A DNA stretch of 64,000 bases from an uncultured delta proteobacterium (lineage in GTDB: Bacteria > Desulfobacterota > Binatia > Binatales > Binataceae). A model generated the notes under the pieces. The model was not told the DNA's origin. It saw only the letters and a program-made list of their open reading frames with translations, and ran no database searches. Position 1 is the stretch's first letter. Each line of letters starts with the position of its first letter. The stretch covers positions 1,376,001 through 1,440,000 of the forward strand of contig CAWEEQ010000004.1 in assembly GCA_963808235.1 (NCBI GenBank). Reading direction: 5' to 3'. A program made the position numbers and the translations under genes. Below are positions 41,510 through 51,463 of the stretch, in pieces.

Positions 41510-43519
41510 TCAGCGGCGGGCGCGGTCGGGGACGAGCGCGTCAGGTGGCACGATCTCATTGTCTGAGGCGCCGGGAGGTTTCCAGAACAGATGCACATAC
41601 GAGCCGCCGCCGTTGTTTCGCTCGCCGACTTCGATCCGATGCGGCCCCGCGCTCAGATTGATCTGGCCAACATCGTGGTACTTGTTGACCATGCCGGGAT
41701 CGTGAATCACCGGCGTGCCGTCGATCGTGACCCACCCCAGGTCGTCCACGTCGATCGAAAATTCGTACACGCCGGTCGTCGGCGCCATCAGTTCGCCGGT
41801 CCACAAATCGCAAGACGGAAACGGCATCGCACCCATGTGCGCGATATCTTCGAAGTCGATTTTCGGATCGACGCGCATGATATGCGGCCGGCTCTCACCG
41901 CATTGCTCACCCGCATAATAGCGCCCGAGCAGGCCATGCTGCCCGCTGAGAGCAACCGGCTGCAATATCCTGTCGCTGAAGGGAAGAATGAACACCGCGC
42001 TGATTCCGACCGCTGTCGCGGCTTGAGTCAGCCGGCGCGACGCGCCATGTCCCCACAGCTTAAGCGTATCCGCCAGATCGAAGCTGCCGAAAATCCAGAA
42101 CAGCGCGAGCGGCCAAAGTTGCATCGGTCCCGGAATATGCGCGAGCTTGCCGAGATTGAAGGCGACCGATTCGCCGACGATCATCCCGCCGCCGAAGAAC
42201 GCGTCGCGATTGGTGGCGAAGTCGCCGCGCATGAATTGCTGAAGCGCGAAGTCGCGGACCGGATTGTCATACTCGTACGGAAAATGCGGATTGGTCGCCG
42301 TCGCCATCAGCATGATCGCCGCGGAAATCGCACCGAAAGCGCCCAGCACGAAGTCGCATGCGGCGGGCAGAAACGCCAGCGCCAGCACCATGAATGGCAC
42401 CGACGCAACTATCTGCCGAGGCCCGGTCGCGGTGCCGCCGCCCCACGACACGATCGATTCGCCGTACGATGCGTTGAACAGGATCAGCACCACGAACGAA
42501 TAAACCGTGACCGCGAATTCCGCGCGCCACTTTTTCAGGCGCGCGAAATAGCCGACTCCTAAAATCGACAGCAGCAAAACCGGATTGCAGAAAAATAGTC
42601 CGCGCTGCGGATCGAGCAGCACGTTCCACAAGATTCGCGCTTTCGGATATGTCAGCCCGACGAATCCCTTCGCCTGCTCGGGAAATTGTGCGTTGCCCGG
42701 AAGTTTGAACGCCTGGTAGCTGAAAAAGAATACGCTGCCGAATGCGCCCCGGTTGTACCCAAGCAGGATCACCGCGGTGATCGCCGCGCCCGCCGAAAAC
42801 GCCGCGAGCTGTTTCCACTGCGGCAATTTGAACAGCGCATAAATTCCTACCGCCGCCGCGACCAGGAAAACCGGATAGTCGTTCAGCACCGCCCATCCAG
42901 CGAGAAATCCCGCCGCAAACGCCCGCCACGAAGACGGCCGCGTGCCGAATGTCGCCAGCAGATAGAACCCAACGAATACGCATACCGCGGCGACCGGTTC
43001 TCCGGTGAGTTCGGTCGCGTACGGAAAGCATATCGTCGCAAGTCCGAGGATCAGCGAGACGCCGGTCGCGCGTCCCTCCGATGCGCCCAGGAATCGCGTG
43101 AACCGATACATCACCACGCATAGAATCGAGATCAACAATCCCGTCGTGAACAAAGTTGTCAGGTACGTCGTGAACGCCCAGTAGATGTCCTCGCGCGACG
43201 CCTGCAGAGGCATCAGCACCAGCTTGAAGATCACCCACGGTATCAGCGCGGTGAGCGACGTGCCGGGCGCTTTGACCGAGTAGATGTGCCCGTTGACCGT
43301 AATGATGTCGGCGGTGTTGTAGCCGCAGAAACCGTCGATCCAGAGCACACCCTTCTCGAGCATCGAGCGCATCAGGTCGAAGCGCGCCGCAATACTCTGG
43401 TCGGAGCCCTGGTAAAAGTAGGCGTAGGTGATGAACGGGATGAGAAAGATCGCGCTCTCGATTTGACGCTCTCGCTGACCGTCGCGCCCTTCGCTCGAAT
43501 TTTCCCCGGGCTGAGTCAT
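41510..43519 (-). CDS. Multi-pass GT-C-like membrane protein with C-terminal PA14 domain
   Basis: YSVKAPG, RGLFFCNP, WGGG..GPR; GLLGRYY...RVDPKIDF...WTGEL...VDDLG PA14 signature. Confidence 0.8.
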   Translation of the reverse strand: MTQPGENSSEGRDGQRERQIESAIFLIPFITYAYFYQGSDQSIAARFDLMRSMLEKGVLWIDGFCGYNTADIITVNGHIYSVKAPGTSLTALIPWVIFKLVLMPLQASREDIYWAFTTYLTTLFTTGLLISILCVVMYRFTRFLGASEGRATGVSLILGLATICFPYATELTGEPVAAVCVFVGFYLLATFGTRPSSWRAFAAGFLAGWAVLNDYPVFLVAAAVGIYALFKLPQWKQLAAFSAGAAITAVILLGYNRGAFGSVFFFSYQAFKLPGNAQFPEQAKGFVGLTYPKARILWNVLLDPQRGLFFCNPVLLLSILGVGYFARLKKWRAEFAVTVYSFVVLILFNASYGESIVSWGGGTATGPRQIVASVPFMVLALAFLPAACDFVLGAFGAISAAIMLMATATNPHFPYEYDNPVRDFALQQFMRGDFATNRDAFFGGGMIVGESVAFNLGKLAHIPGPMQLWPLALFWIFGSFDLADTLKLWGHGASRRLTQAATAVGISAVFILPFSDRILQPVALSGQHGLLGRYYAGEQCGESRPHIMRVDPKIDFEDIAHMGAMPFPSCDLWTGELMAPTTGVYEFSIDVDDLGWVTIDGTPVIHDPGMVNKYHDVGQINLSAGPHRIEVGERNNGGGSYVHLFWKPPGASDNEIVPPDALVPDRARR

Positions 43520-44256
43520 CGCTTGCGCGTTCGCTCCGGCACCACCGGCGCTTCGCCGAACATCCGCCATCCCGCCCATGCGATCGCGCTTAGCACCAGG
43601 AACGTAAGTACCAGCGACCAGTGCGATCCGCTCGGCACCGGCGCTGCCTCCTGGCGGATCGACACCAGGTCGTAAGTCGGCGTCGCGTTCGGCGGCGGCG
43701 CATCGACCGCGACCACCATCGCATTCCTGAAAAACGCGCGCCCGGTGTTCAGACTCGCAAATCCTCCCACTCGCAGCGCCACGTCAACGTCGGCCCCATG
43801 CCCGCCCACCTTCAGATACAGCGACACCCGCTGCCATGCCGCGGTGCCCTTGATCTCCCGCGACATGATCCCGTCTTCCATCACCGAAATCGACGCGCCG
43901 GCTTCCTTGTCCCCGACGTTCTCGGTGCGGATGTCGACGCTGAGCTGGTACCATCCCTTAGTGAGCGACAGCGGCTGCATCCATCGCCCGTCGTTCGCCT
44001 GCAGATTGTCGACCTCCATCTCGGCGCCGCTCGGCGACGGATGCCAATGGCAGATAAACGCGTCCGGCTTGTTTATCCATGCCTCCGTGCGCCAGTTGTC
44101 GGGTTGATCCTCGGAGCCCTTAGCGAAGTCGCCGTTCTGAAGAAGGTTCTGCGCGGCGCCGGCATCGCGCTGCAACAATCCCGTAAAAGCAAAAATAAAT
44201 ATCGCGCAGATCAAAATCGCGCGCATGCGACGATGCCGAGGCGATAGGTCGTGCAT
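43516..44256 (-). CDS. Membrane-anchored carbohydrate-binding (CBM4/9-like) protein
   Basis: Signal peptide, NLLQNGDF, Trp-rich beta-sandwich, C-terminal TM; overlaps both neighbours. Confidence 0.7.
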   Translation of the reverse strand: MHDLSPRHRRMRAILICAIFIFAFTGLLQRDAGAAQNLLQNGDFAKGSEDQPDNWRTEAWINKPDAFICHWHPSPSGAEMEVDNLQANDGRWMQPLSLTKGWYQLSVDIRTENVGDKEAGASISVMEDGIMSREIKGTAAWQRVSLYLKVGGHGADVDVALRVGGFASLNTGRAFFRNAMVVAVDAPPPNATPTYDLVSIRQEAAPVPSGSHWSLVLTFLVLSAIAWAGWRMFGEAPVVPERTRKR

Positions 44257-47200
44257 CAGATCCAGCTTCGCAGTCCCGATTCCTGCAGCCACATCCGTGC
44301 GTAATATCCGCTGCGGTCCATCGGGATGCCGGTCCAGACCGGAAAGTAATAGACGAACACGACGAACGCCGCGCCCACGAATGCGCACGCGACAAACCTG
44401 CCCGCATACTCGGTGCTCATCAGGACGATCGCGTACCCGACCATTAGCGCCGCAAACAACAGCGCCCCAACTGGTGCGCCGAGCCCGAGAATGAACGCCG
44501 GGGCCATCGTCAGCAGGATCGCCAGATGCTCCCACGGCTCGGCGCGTTCGTTGAAACACTCGGTCACCACCGCCGCGAGCGCGATATAACCAAGGTAAAT
44601 CGATCCCATATAATGGTAGAGAAAGAGCGTGCGCCCGATCCAAATCCAGATCACGATATAACCGAGGTAGCCGATCACCAAAAATGATCGCGCCAGGTTC
44701 GGCCGCTCGATCGCTTTCACCGCCGTGATCGTCATCGCGGTCAGCGCGCCCCACCACAGCAGCGGATTTCCGCCGCCCCACACCGTCGAGACGTTCCCGG
44801 TCTTGGGAAAATTCTGCCAGTACGCGACCGGCCTCAGCATCAGCGGCCAACTCCACCATGGCGACGCGTACGGATGAGTCGCCGACGCGACGCTATTCTC
44901 GTACCAGATCACGTCGTGGTAGTAGTTGAACAGATCGCTGATTCCGCCCCACCATCCGAGCCAGTAGTGCGGAAGAAAAACCGCCAGGTACGTCATCGCT
45001 GCGATCGATCCGACCACCGCCATCGCAGCACCGCTCTTGCGATCGAACCACTCCGACATCGCCGGCATCTTCCATGACACCGCTCCCGATGCCGACGCGT
45101 TGCGCCAAAGAATCTCCGCACCTCGCCCGACGATCACGATCAGGATCGCCAGCGCGACTGCGCCTCCTTTTCCCCCATCGAGCAGCAGCACCAGCACCAT
45201 CGCGACGCAGGTGGCGGCGACGAACGCGAGTTCGGTCGGCGACATGAAATCGAAGAGCGCCGGCTGCGTGGGAACAGTCGTTGTCGCCTTGCCCTCGTGC
45301 AATGCGGCGTCCGCGGCGCTCCACCTCTCCTTCGCGAGCACGTACAGCATGAACCCGGTCACCAGCAGAAAAGTGATCCCCGGGATGTAGAGTTTGCCCG
45401 AAAGGCATAAGCCCAGCGCGAGTCCGATCCACGGCAGCAGGCGCCGCCGCGCACGCGGATCCGGTGTTTGCGCAAATTTGAAAAAAAGCAAATATGCGGT
45501 CGCCGCGCAGGTCAGGTACACGATATCGATAACCGCGACTCGCGAATCGACCAGGTACATCCCGTCGCACAAAATAAACCCGCCGGCCAGCGCCGCGGCG
45601 ATACGCGAGCCGGTCATGCGCCGGCCGAGCAGATAGGTGATCCCCACCAGCGCCGTGCCGATAGTCGCGTTGCCGACTCGCCAGCTCCACGGATGGTCGC
45701 CGAAAATCCAGATGCCCGCCGCGATCACCAGCTTGGCGAGCGGCGGATGCGGATCGAGAAACGATTCGCCGTGCAGATAATGGCGCGCCTGCGCGACGAA
45801 ATGCACTTCGTCGAAAACAATCTCCGCCGGATGCCCCAGGTGCCAGAACCGCGTGATCGCCGCCGCAATCAACAGCGCCGAGATTATGATCGTGTCCCTC
45901 GCGCTCCACGCCGGCGCGCTCACTTCGTCTTCCGGTTCCAAATCGACGGGCCGCACCGCCGTGAATTTTTCGAACAATCCGTCGAGCACGGTCGGCGAGG
46001 TGCTCGGCCCCGACAGCTTCGTCGCGCCGTAATGCGCCGCAAGCGCGAGCGCGACGACGTTCAACGCCGAGGTGAACATCGCAAGCCCGTCGCGTCCGTC
46101 GAGAAAAACCACCGTGTTCAGCGTATGCAGGATGTAGCTCAGATTGATCACGCAGGTGAGCGACAGCACGATGAACACGACAAGCATCTCGGGCGCTTCC
46201 AGAGCCAGCGGCACCGCGAGCGCGATCGCCGGATACAGGTAGCGCTCATGCATCCGCGGCGCGACCATGAAAAATCCGAAAATCGCGAAGAACGCCGCGA
46301 ACAGCAGCCGCTCCTGGGTGCGCCCGCGCCACAAAATCCACGCGATAAACCCATAGAGCGGGACCAGCAGGCTCATCCCCAGCGCGAAGTACGAGATGCC
46401 CGCGATCGTTCCCGAGTCCGACTGGCGAAGACCTCCGACCAACGCCATCAGGTTGAACGCGTTCACCGAGGTCTCGTGATAGTACGCCGCCGTCGACGTA
46501 TAGAGCTTCAGAATCCAGTTCCACTCGTGGCCTATCTGAAACGGCGCGATACCGATAATCGCAACTGTGATCAGCGCCACGCCCGATCTGATCCAGGTCG
46601 CGAAATCCGTCTCGAGCATCGTCCATAGCCCGATCACCGGCAGGATCATCAAACCCTGCGGCTTGACCAGCACCCCAATTGCCGCGAGCCCCCACGCGAT
46701 TTCGTATTGCTCGCTGAGAATCGACACGATGCTCAGCAGGGTGACGAACGTCAGCACCGAGTCGCTCTGTCCCCAGACCACGGTGTCGAACAGCAGCGCC
46801 GGATTCAGCGCGACCATCAGCATCGCGATCATCGCCATCGCGGGCCGGCTCCCGCGCCGGAAGAGCGCGTACATCAGGATCGCGAGCGTGAAGTCCGCGA
46901 GGATCGCCGGACCCTCGATTATGGTTCTGTAGAAATCTCCCGTCGCGCCGATTGCATGCGCGACAATTCCCGCCACCCAGAGCCCGTAAAGGTAGCCGGG
47001 CGGATAGTCGAGAAAATATCCTTCCTGGTAAGTATGCGCCGGGCCGAGCGTCGCGATTTGCGCGGCCCACGACTGGTAACTGCCAACGTCGGGTCCGAAG
47101 CCGGGGAAAAATGGCATCACCGCGACTTTGATCGCGGCGATCCCGAGCAACACGAGCATCGCGCGCATCACGCCGGACTCGGGATCGTCGAAGAGCGGGC

Positions 47201-47390
47201 GCAGGTAGTCGTAAAGCGCGTACCCGACAATCGAAATCAGAATCGCGCCGGCAACAAATCCCGCAAACTTCCCGCTCGCCGCCCCGGGCGGCAACGCAGC
47301 CGCAATAGAAAAAAGCCCAAGCACCGCCGCACCCGCCGACATCGACGCGCGCGCACCCCACCACCGAGGCCTATCCCCCAAGACCATCAA
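44256..47390 (-). CDS. Fusion of a GT87/Gpi18-like mannosyltransferase and a PMT-family (GT39) protein O-mannosyltransferase (start uncertain)
   Basis: N-half DYPPGY, WGQSDS, KPQ, MHERY; C-half VFDEVHF, DPHPPLAK, HPYASPWWSWP, GNPLLWW, FLYHY. Confidence 0.85.
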   Translation of the reverse strand: MMVLGDRPRWWGARASMSAGAAVLGLFSIAAALPPGAASGKFAGFVAGAILISIVGYALYDYLRPLFDDPESGVMRAMLVLLGIAAIKVAVMPFFPGFGPDVGSYQSWAAQIATLGPAHTYQEGYFLDYPPGYLYGLWVAGIVAHAIGATGDFYRTIIEGPAILADFTLAILMYALFRRGSRPAMAMIAMLMVALNPALLFDTVVWGQSDSVLTFVTLLSIVSILSEQYEIAWGLAAIGVLVKPQGLMILPVIGLWTMLETDFATWIRSGVALITVAIIGIAPFQIGHEWNWILKLYTSTAAYYHETSVNAFNLMALVGGLRQSDSGTIAGISYFALGMSLLVPLYGFIAWILWRGRTQERLLFAAFFAIFGFFMVAPRMHERYLYPAIALAVPLALEAPEMLVVFIVLSLTCVINLSYILHTLNTVVFLDGRDGLAMFTSALNVVALALAAHYGATKLSGPSTSPTVLDGLFEKFTAVRPVDLEPEDEVSAPAWSARDTIIISALLIAAAITRFWHLGHPAEIVFDEVHFVAQARHYLHGESFLDPHPPLAKLVIAAGIWIFGDHPWSWRVGNATIGTALVGITYLLGRRMTGSRIAAALAGGFILCDGMYLVDSRVAVIDIVYLTCAATAYLLFFKFAQTPDPRARRRLLPWIGLALGLCLSGKLYIPGITFLLVTGFMLYVLAKERWSAADAALHEGKATTTVPTQPALFDFMSPTELAFVAATCVAMVLVLLLDGGKGGAVALAILIVIVGRGAEILWRNASASGAVSWKMPAMSEWFDRKSGAAMAVVGSIAAMTYLAVFLPHYWLGWWGGISDLFNYYHDVIWYENSVASATHPYASPWWSWPLMLRPVAYWQNFPKTGNVSTVWGGGNPLLWWGALTAMTITAVKAIERPNLARSFLVIGYLGYIVIWIWIGRTLFLYHYMGSIYLGYIALAAVVTECFNERAEPWEHLAILLTMAPAFILGLGAPVGALLFAALMVGYAIVLMSTEYAGRFVACAFVGAAFVVFVYYFPVWTGIPMDRSGYYARMWLQESGLRSWI

Positions 47391-47492
47391 CGCTCACTCG
47401 ACTCCGCAATCGCCATAACGCGCCGCTAAGATAGCGGTTATTCCCGTCATTCTGAACAGCCCCGCCCGATTGTTCCCCCTTCCCACAATAGA

Positions 47493-47588
47493 CCCCCGCG
47501 AAATGCCGCCACTGGCCGCTTCGCGTTGTCCTGACACCGGGTGCAGGGGTCACCCCTGCCGCCAGCCGCGCAGGCGTGACAAAGATTC
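47493..47588. repeat. Structured ~95-bp repeat, family D, copy 1
   Basis: 47-bp core (47534-47580) identical to 48436-48482; hairpin gcagggg-tca-cccctgc. Confidence 0.9.
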
Positions 47589-47686
47589 CGACTGAACTCA
47601 CTCAGTGCGTAAACGAAACTTCACTAGCGAGCGCCATGCCCCCGTCCTATGATGCGTGCATCGCGCACCCCGAGGAGCCCGTACCG

Positions 47687-48346
47687 ATGCGACTGATCCA
47701 CACCCTCTACGAACCCGCCGGCGACGGCCCCCACCCCACTCTCATCGCGATGCATGGGTTCGGCGCCAACGCGCTCGATCTCCTCGGCCTCGCCCCCTAC
47801 ATCGCCGACGGCCGCTTCATGGTCATTTGCCCGCAAGGCCCGATGGAAGTGCCGATCGGCCCGACCAAAGGCTACGCATGGTTTCCCATCCGGATGGGCT
47901 CGCCGCCGGATCGCGAAGCAATCGACGACGCCAACAAGATCGCCACCGAGTTTCTCAACACCGCGCTCCAGAAATATCCGGTCGATCGTAAAAAGCTCGT
48001 GATGCTCGGGTTCAGCCAGGGCGGCATGATGGCCTATCGGCTCGCGATGCGGAATCCGTCCAAGTTCGCGGCCCTGGTCGCGCTGTCGACATTCTTTCCG
48101 CCCGAATTGAAGGACGAGATTAGCGATCCCGCCGCGCTCGAGGCGCTCCCGACCCTGGTTCAGCACGGACGCGCCGACGATATGATCGAGATCACCCGAG
48201 CGCGCGCGTCGGTTGAAACCCTGCGCTCGCTCAAAGTGCCCCTGACCTTTCACGAATACGATTGCGGCCACGAAATCACCGCCGAAGCACTGCAGGACCT
48301 GTCGAATTTCCTGATCGAAAAGGTGCTCGAACCAGCGGCCCCTTGA
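47687..48346 (+). CDS. Phospholipase/carboxylesterase
   Basis: MHGFG, GFSQGG, HGRADD, GHEI. Confidence 0.92.
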   Translation: MRLIHTLYEPAGDGPHPTLIAMHGFGANALDLLGLAPYIADGRFMVICPQGPMEVPIGPTKGYAWFPIRMGSPPDREAIDDANKIATEFLNTALQKYPVDRKKLVMLGFSQGGMMAYRLAMRNPSKFAALVALSTFFPPELKDEISDPAALEALPTLVQHGRADDMIEITRARASVETLRSLKVPLTFHEYDCGHEITAEALQDLSNFLIEKVLEPAAP

Positions 48347-48396
48347 TTGCCACCGGTTGCGCCGCCTGCGCCAAAGCTCCCACCCTGCCCACCCAC

Positions 48397-48490
48397 CCCC
48401 CGCGAAATGCCGTTGCGGCATTTCGCTCTTTCTTAACACCGGGTGCAGGGGTCACCCCTGCCGCCAGCCGCGCAGGCGTGACTAAGATTC
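48397..48490. repeat. Structured ~95-bp repeat, family D, copy 2
   Basis: Perfect hairpin gcgaaatgccg-ttg-cggcatttcgc followed by the identical 47-bp core. Confidence 0.9.
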
Positions 48491-48514
48491 TTCATCTCTT
48501 TTCTCCTCAACTCC

Positions 48515-48544
48515 CCAGTGGCACGGGCGTCCCTGCCCGTGATT
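48515..48544. repeat. REP-like hairpin, family B, copy 2
   Basis: ccagtggcacgggcgtccctgcccgtgatt; inverted relative to 5550-5579. Confidence 0.8.
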
Positions 48545-48613
48545 AGATGCGGCAGTGCAACTGCACCAGTGCAAAAAATCGGTCTGACAGACCTCGAAAT
48601 AGAGATACCCATA

Positions 48614-48952
48614 ATGAAAATGGCGCGCGTGATCCTGTTTACTGCCCAGATCGATGCGATGAGCAAATACTACGGGCAAGTGCTCGGCCTCAAACCGGTC
48701 AAACAGGTCACCGATGAAAAGGGATGGCGCGAATTTGACGCCGGTGGCGTAACGATCGCTTTGCATTCCGGCCCCCCATCGCCCGGCCGCAAGGGCCCCA
48801 AAATTGTCTTCCACGCCAAGGACGTCGCTGCGATGCGCCAAACGCTGGTCGCACGGGGCGCAAAGTTCGGCATGGCCCGACAAGGGGATATATTTTGTCT
48901 TTGTGACGGCAAGGACCCGGACGGCAACCCCGTCCAATTGTCTGACCGCTGA
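48614..48952 (+). CDS. VOC/glyoxalase family protein
   Basis: YYGQVLGL, IALH, DPDGNPVQL. Confidence 0.88.
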   Translation: MKMARVILFTAQIDAMSKYYGQVLGLKPVKQVTDEKGWREFDAGGVTIALHSGPPSPGRKGPKIVFHAKDVAAMRQTLVARGAKFGMARQGDIFCLCDGKDPDGNPVQLSDR

Positions 48953-49007
48953 ACAAGTGAACAAGTGAAAACTGAACAATTCGTCCGCTGCTAACTCGGC
49001 GACCGCC

Positions 49008-49847
49008 ATGTCTCACGATACTGATAACGACGCAGCGGCGGAGTTCGCGAAACTGCTCGCGGTAGTCGCCGAGCTGCGCACCCGATGCCCCTGGGATCGC
49101 GAGCAGAAACTCGCCGACACTCCGCGCCATCTGATCGAAGAGTCCTACGAAGTTGCCGACGCCGTGGCGCACGGCGAACCCGCGGAAATCGCCGACGAAC
49201 TCGGCGATGTCCTCGCACAATGCCTCTTCGTCGCGACCATTCTCCGCGAAAATTCGCAACTCGATATCGCCGCAGTGCTGAAAGGCGCCGCGCAGAAACT
49301 CATTCGCCGTCATCCGCACATCTATGCCGATACCCGCGCCGATACCGTCGACCAGGTCCTCGACAACTGGGATCAAATCAAACAGCAGGAGCGCGACGAC
49401 AAGGAAAACAAGAAGTCCGGCGAGTCCAAAAGCATCCCCCAAAAAAGCATCGCTGAGGTCGGACGCGCGCTGCCCGCCCTGATGCGCGCCGAAAAACTCG
49501 GGCAGAAGGCGCGCCGCGCCGGGATGGACTGGCCCGACATCCGCGAGGTGCTCGCAAAAGCGCGCGAGGAACTCGACGAAGTCGAGCACGCGCTCGATCG
49601 CGGCGACACCAACGCCGCCGCCGAAGAGATCGGCGACCTGATGCTCGCGATTGCCAACGCGCCGCGCTTCATCGCCCACGACGCCGAGCAAACGCTGCGC
49701 GCCGCCTGCGACAAATTCGTCATCCGCTTCGACACCGTCGCCCGCCTGGCCGCACAACGCGGCCTCGATCTAAAAACCATGCCCCCAGCAGAAATCGACG
49801 CCCTATGGACAGAAGCCAAGCAGCTAACCCGGCATCCTGATCGGTGA
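49008..49847 (+). CDS. mazG: Nucleoside triphosphate pyrophosphohydrolase
   Basis: CPWDREQ, IEESYEV, ELGD, KLIRRHPHI, EEIGD. Confidence 0.95.
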   Translation: MSHDTDNDAAAEFAKLLAVVAELRTRCPWDREQKLADTPRHLIEESYEVADAVAHGEPAEIADELGDVLAQCLFVATILRENSQLDIAAVLKGAAQKLIRRHPHIYADTRADTVDQVLDNWDQIKQQERDDKENKKSGESKSIPQKSIAEVGRALPALMRAEKLGQKARRAGMDWPDIREVLAKAREELDEVEHALDRGDTNAAAEEIGDLMLAIANAPRFIAHDAEQTLRAACDKFVIRFDTVARLAAQRGLDLKTMPPAEIDALWTEAKQLTRHPDR

Positions 49848-49851
49848 TGCG

Positions 49852-50034
49852 ATGAAGAGGAGCTACTTCAGGCGCGAGTCAATTTGGATCTACCTCTATC
49901 TTTTCGGTCCGCCGTTAATCGGGCTGGCCGCGACGCTTCTCGTAAAAGCGATCTACGGTCCGCAACATCACGCCCCTCACGCGACGAAAGCGACAACTAG
50001 CCCCAACCATATTGTGATCGCCCCGACTCACTGA
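49852..50034 (+). CDS. Small single-TM hypothetical protein
   Basis: 60-aa ORF filling the mazG-rpsT gap with one hydrophobic segment. Confidence 0.45.
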   Translation: MKRSYFRRESIWIYLYLFGPPLIGLAATLLVKAIYGPQHHAPHATKATTSPNHIVIAPTH

Positions 50035-50049
50035 TATAAATGAGAGGTT

Positions 50050-50337
50050 ATGCCGCATATTCCAGTTCATCCATCCGCAGAGAAGCGCCATCGGCAAAGT
50101 CTCAAACGCGCCGAGCGCAACCGCACCGTCAGAACCCGGGCTCGCAGCCTCGCCAAGACCGCCGCGGAAACGATCGCGTCCACAACCGACCAGGCCAAGG
50201 CTCAGGAGGCGCTCAAAGAGGCCACCAAGGTGCTCTACAAAGCCGCCGGCAAAGGCACCTTGCATCGCAACACCGTGCGCCGCAAAGTCGCGCGGCTCTC
50301 GGCCAGCCTGCATCGGAAATTCGTCGCCAAGAGTTAG
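50050..50337 (+). CDS. rpsT: 30S ribosomal protein S20
   Basis: SAEKRHRQS...RN; KAAGKGTLHRN..RK..RL. Confidence 0.95.
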   Translation: MPHIPVHPSAEKRHRQSLKRAERNRTVRTRARSLAKTAAETIASTTDQAKAQEALKEATKVLYKAAGKGTLHRNTVRRKVARLSASLHRKFVAKS

Positions 50338-50372
50338 CAGCCGGCAAGGATCGGCAAGGCGGCGAATTTCGC

Positions 50373-51431
50373 CTAATTCGGAATTTCCACCAGCTCGAGT
50401 ATCAGACCCGCTAGCGCCTCTTCGCGCTCCTTCACCTCACCGTTCTTGAATCCCGCATCCAGCTCGCATGCTCGCGCGTAAGCGCGTTCGAGTCGCGGCT
50501 GCCCAAGCCGTCTTGCGCCCTCGATCGCGCGCATCGCAAGCCCGCTCTGCGGAGACACACCTAGCGCACCGGCGACGTCGCCGGCGCTCTTATTCGCCGC
50601 GAGCATCGAGGCGGCGATCATCATCCGCCTCATCACGGGGATGACTTCCAACGCCAGGATTTCGAAGACGTCGCGACCGAGCGCGATCGCGCGCCCCAGT
50701 TGCGCGAGCGCAGACGATGCTCGTCCGCGCGCCAGGCTCTCCGCGAGCTCAAACAACTCCGGCATCCGCTGCGCGCCCTGCTCATCCAGATCGCCCGGCT
50801 TCACCAACGCGCCCGGTTCCGCGACGATGGTGACCTTCGCGAGCGCATTGACGATCGCCGCCAAATCTCCGCCGTGGCGCGAGATCAACATGTCGAGCGC
50901 GGCGGGTGCGAGCTTCAATCCGAGCCGATGCGCGAAGACCTGCACGTATTGTTCGATCTGATTATCGAAGGGCCGCATGCAATTCACCAGCAGCGCCGAC
51001 TTCTCCGCCGCGCGCCGAACTTTCGCGGGCGCGTTGTCTTTTTCGTAGAGCAGAATCAGATAACCGGGACCGCGCGCCGCTTCGATTGCGGCGACCAGCG
51101 CTGCTTCTCCGCCTTGTGCGCCCGGCGTGCGCGAGTCCGCGGGCTCCGCATCGTCGCTGCGCTCACGCCGGGAGCGCAGGATTCGGCACGCGATCGCGCG
51201 CTTGGGTGCGAACAAGTCTGGCGCGCGCAACTCGTTGAGCATCGCGCCGTAATCGTCGCTCGCGCCGATTTGAAAGCCGCGGTATTGGCAGCCCTCGCCG
51301 ATCGCGGCGCGAACCACCGTGTCGAGAACGTACTCGCGAAGGAATGCGTGCGGACCGAAGATTACGATCACCGGCGGGAGCTTGCGTGCGGCGGCGCCAC
51401 GCAAGTACGCGAGCGCGGGTTCAACCGGCAT
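50373..51431 (-). CDS. holA: DNA polymerase III delta subunit
   Basis: VIFGPHAFL, DLF, GDLAAIVNALAK, D..FKNG; lptE-holA/rpsT synteny. Confidence 0.85.
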   Translation of the reverse strand: MPVEPALAYLRGAAARKLPPVIVIFGPHAFLREYVLDTVVRAAIGEGCQYRGFQIGASDDYGAMLNELRAPDLFAPKRAIACRILRSRRERSDDAEPADSRTPGAQGGEAALVAAIEAARGPGYLILLYEKDNAPAKVRRAAEKSALLVNCMRPFDNQIEQYVQVFAHRLGLKLAPAALDMLISRHGGDLAAIVNALAKVTIVAEPGALVKPGDLDEQGAQRMPELFELAESLARGRASSALAQLGRAIALGRDVFEILALEVIPVMRRMMIAASMLAANKSAGDVAGALGVSPQSGLAMRAIEGARRLGQPRLERAYARACELDAGFKNGEVKEREEALAGLILELVEIPN

Positions 51432-51463
51432 ACGGTCGTGCCCGACTTTCCCGCGGCATCGGT

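Noticed and set aside
47493-48544. Possible CRISPR repeats
   Set aside because: Only two copies, separated by a whole gene; no spacer array or cas genes.
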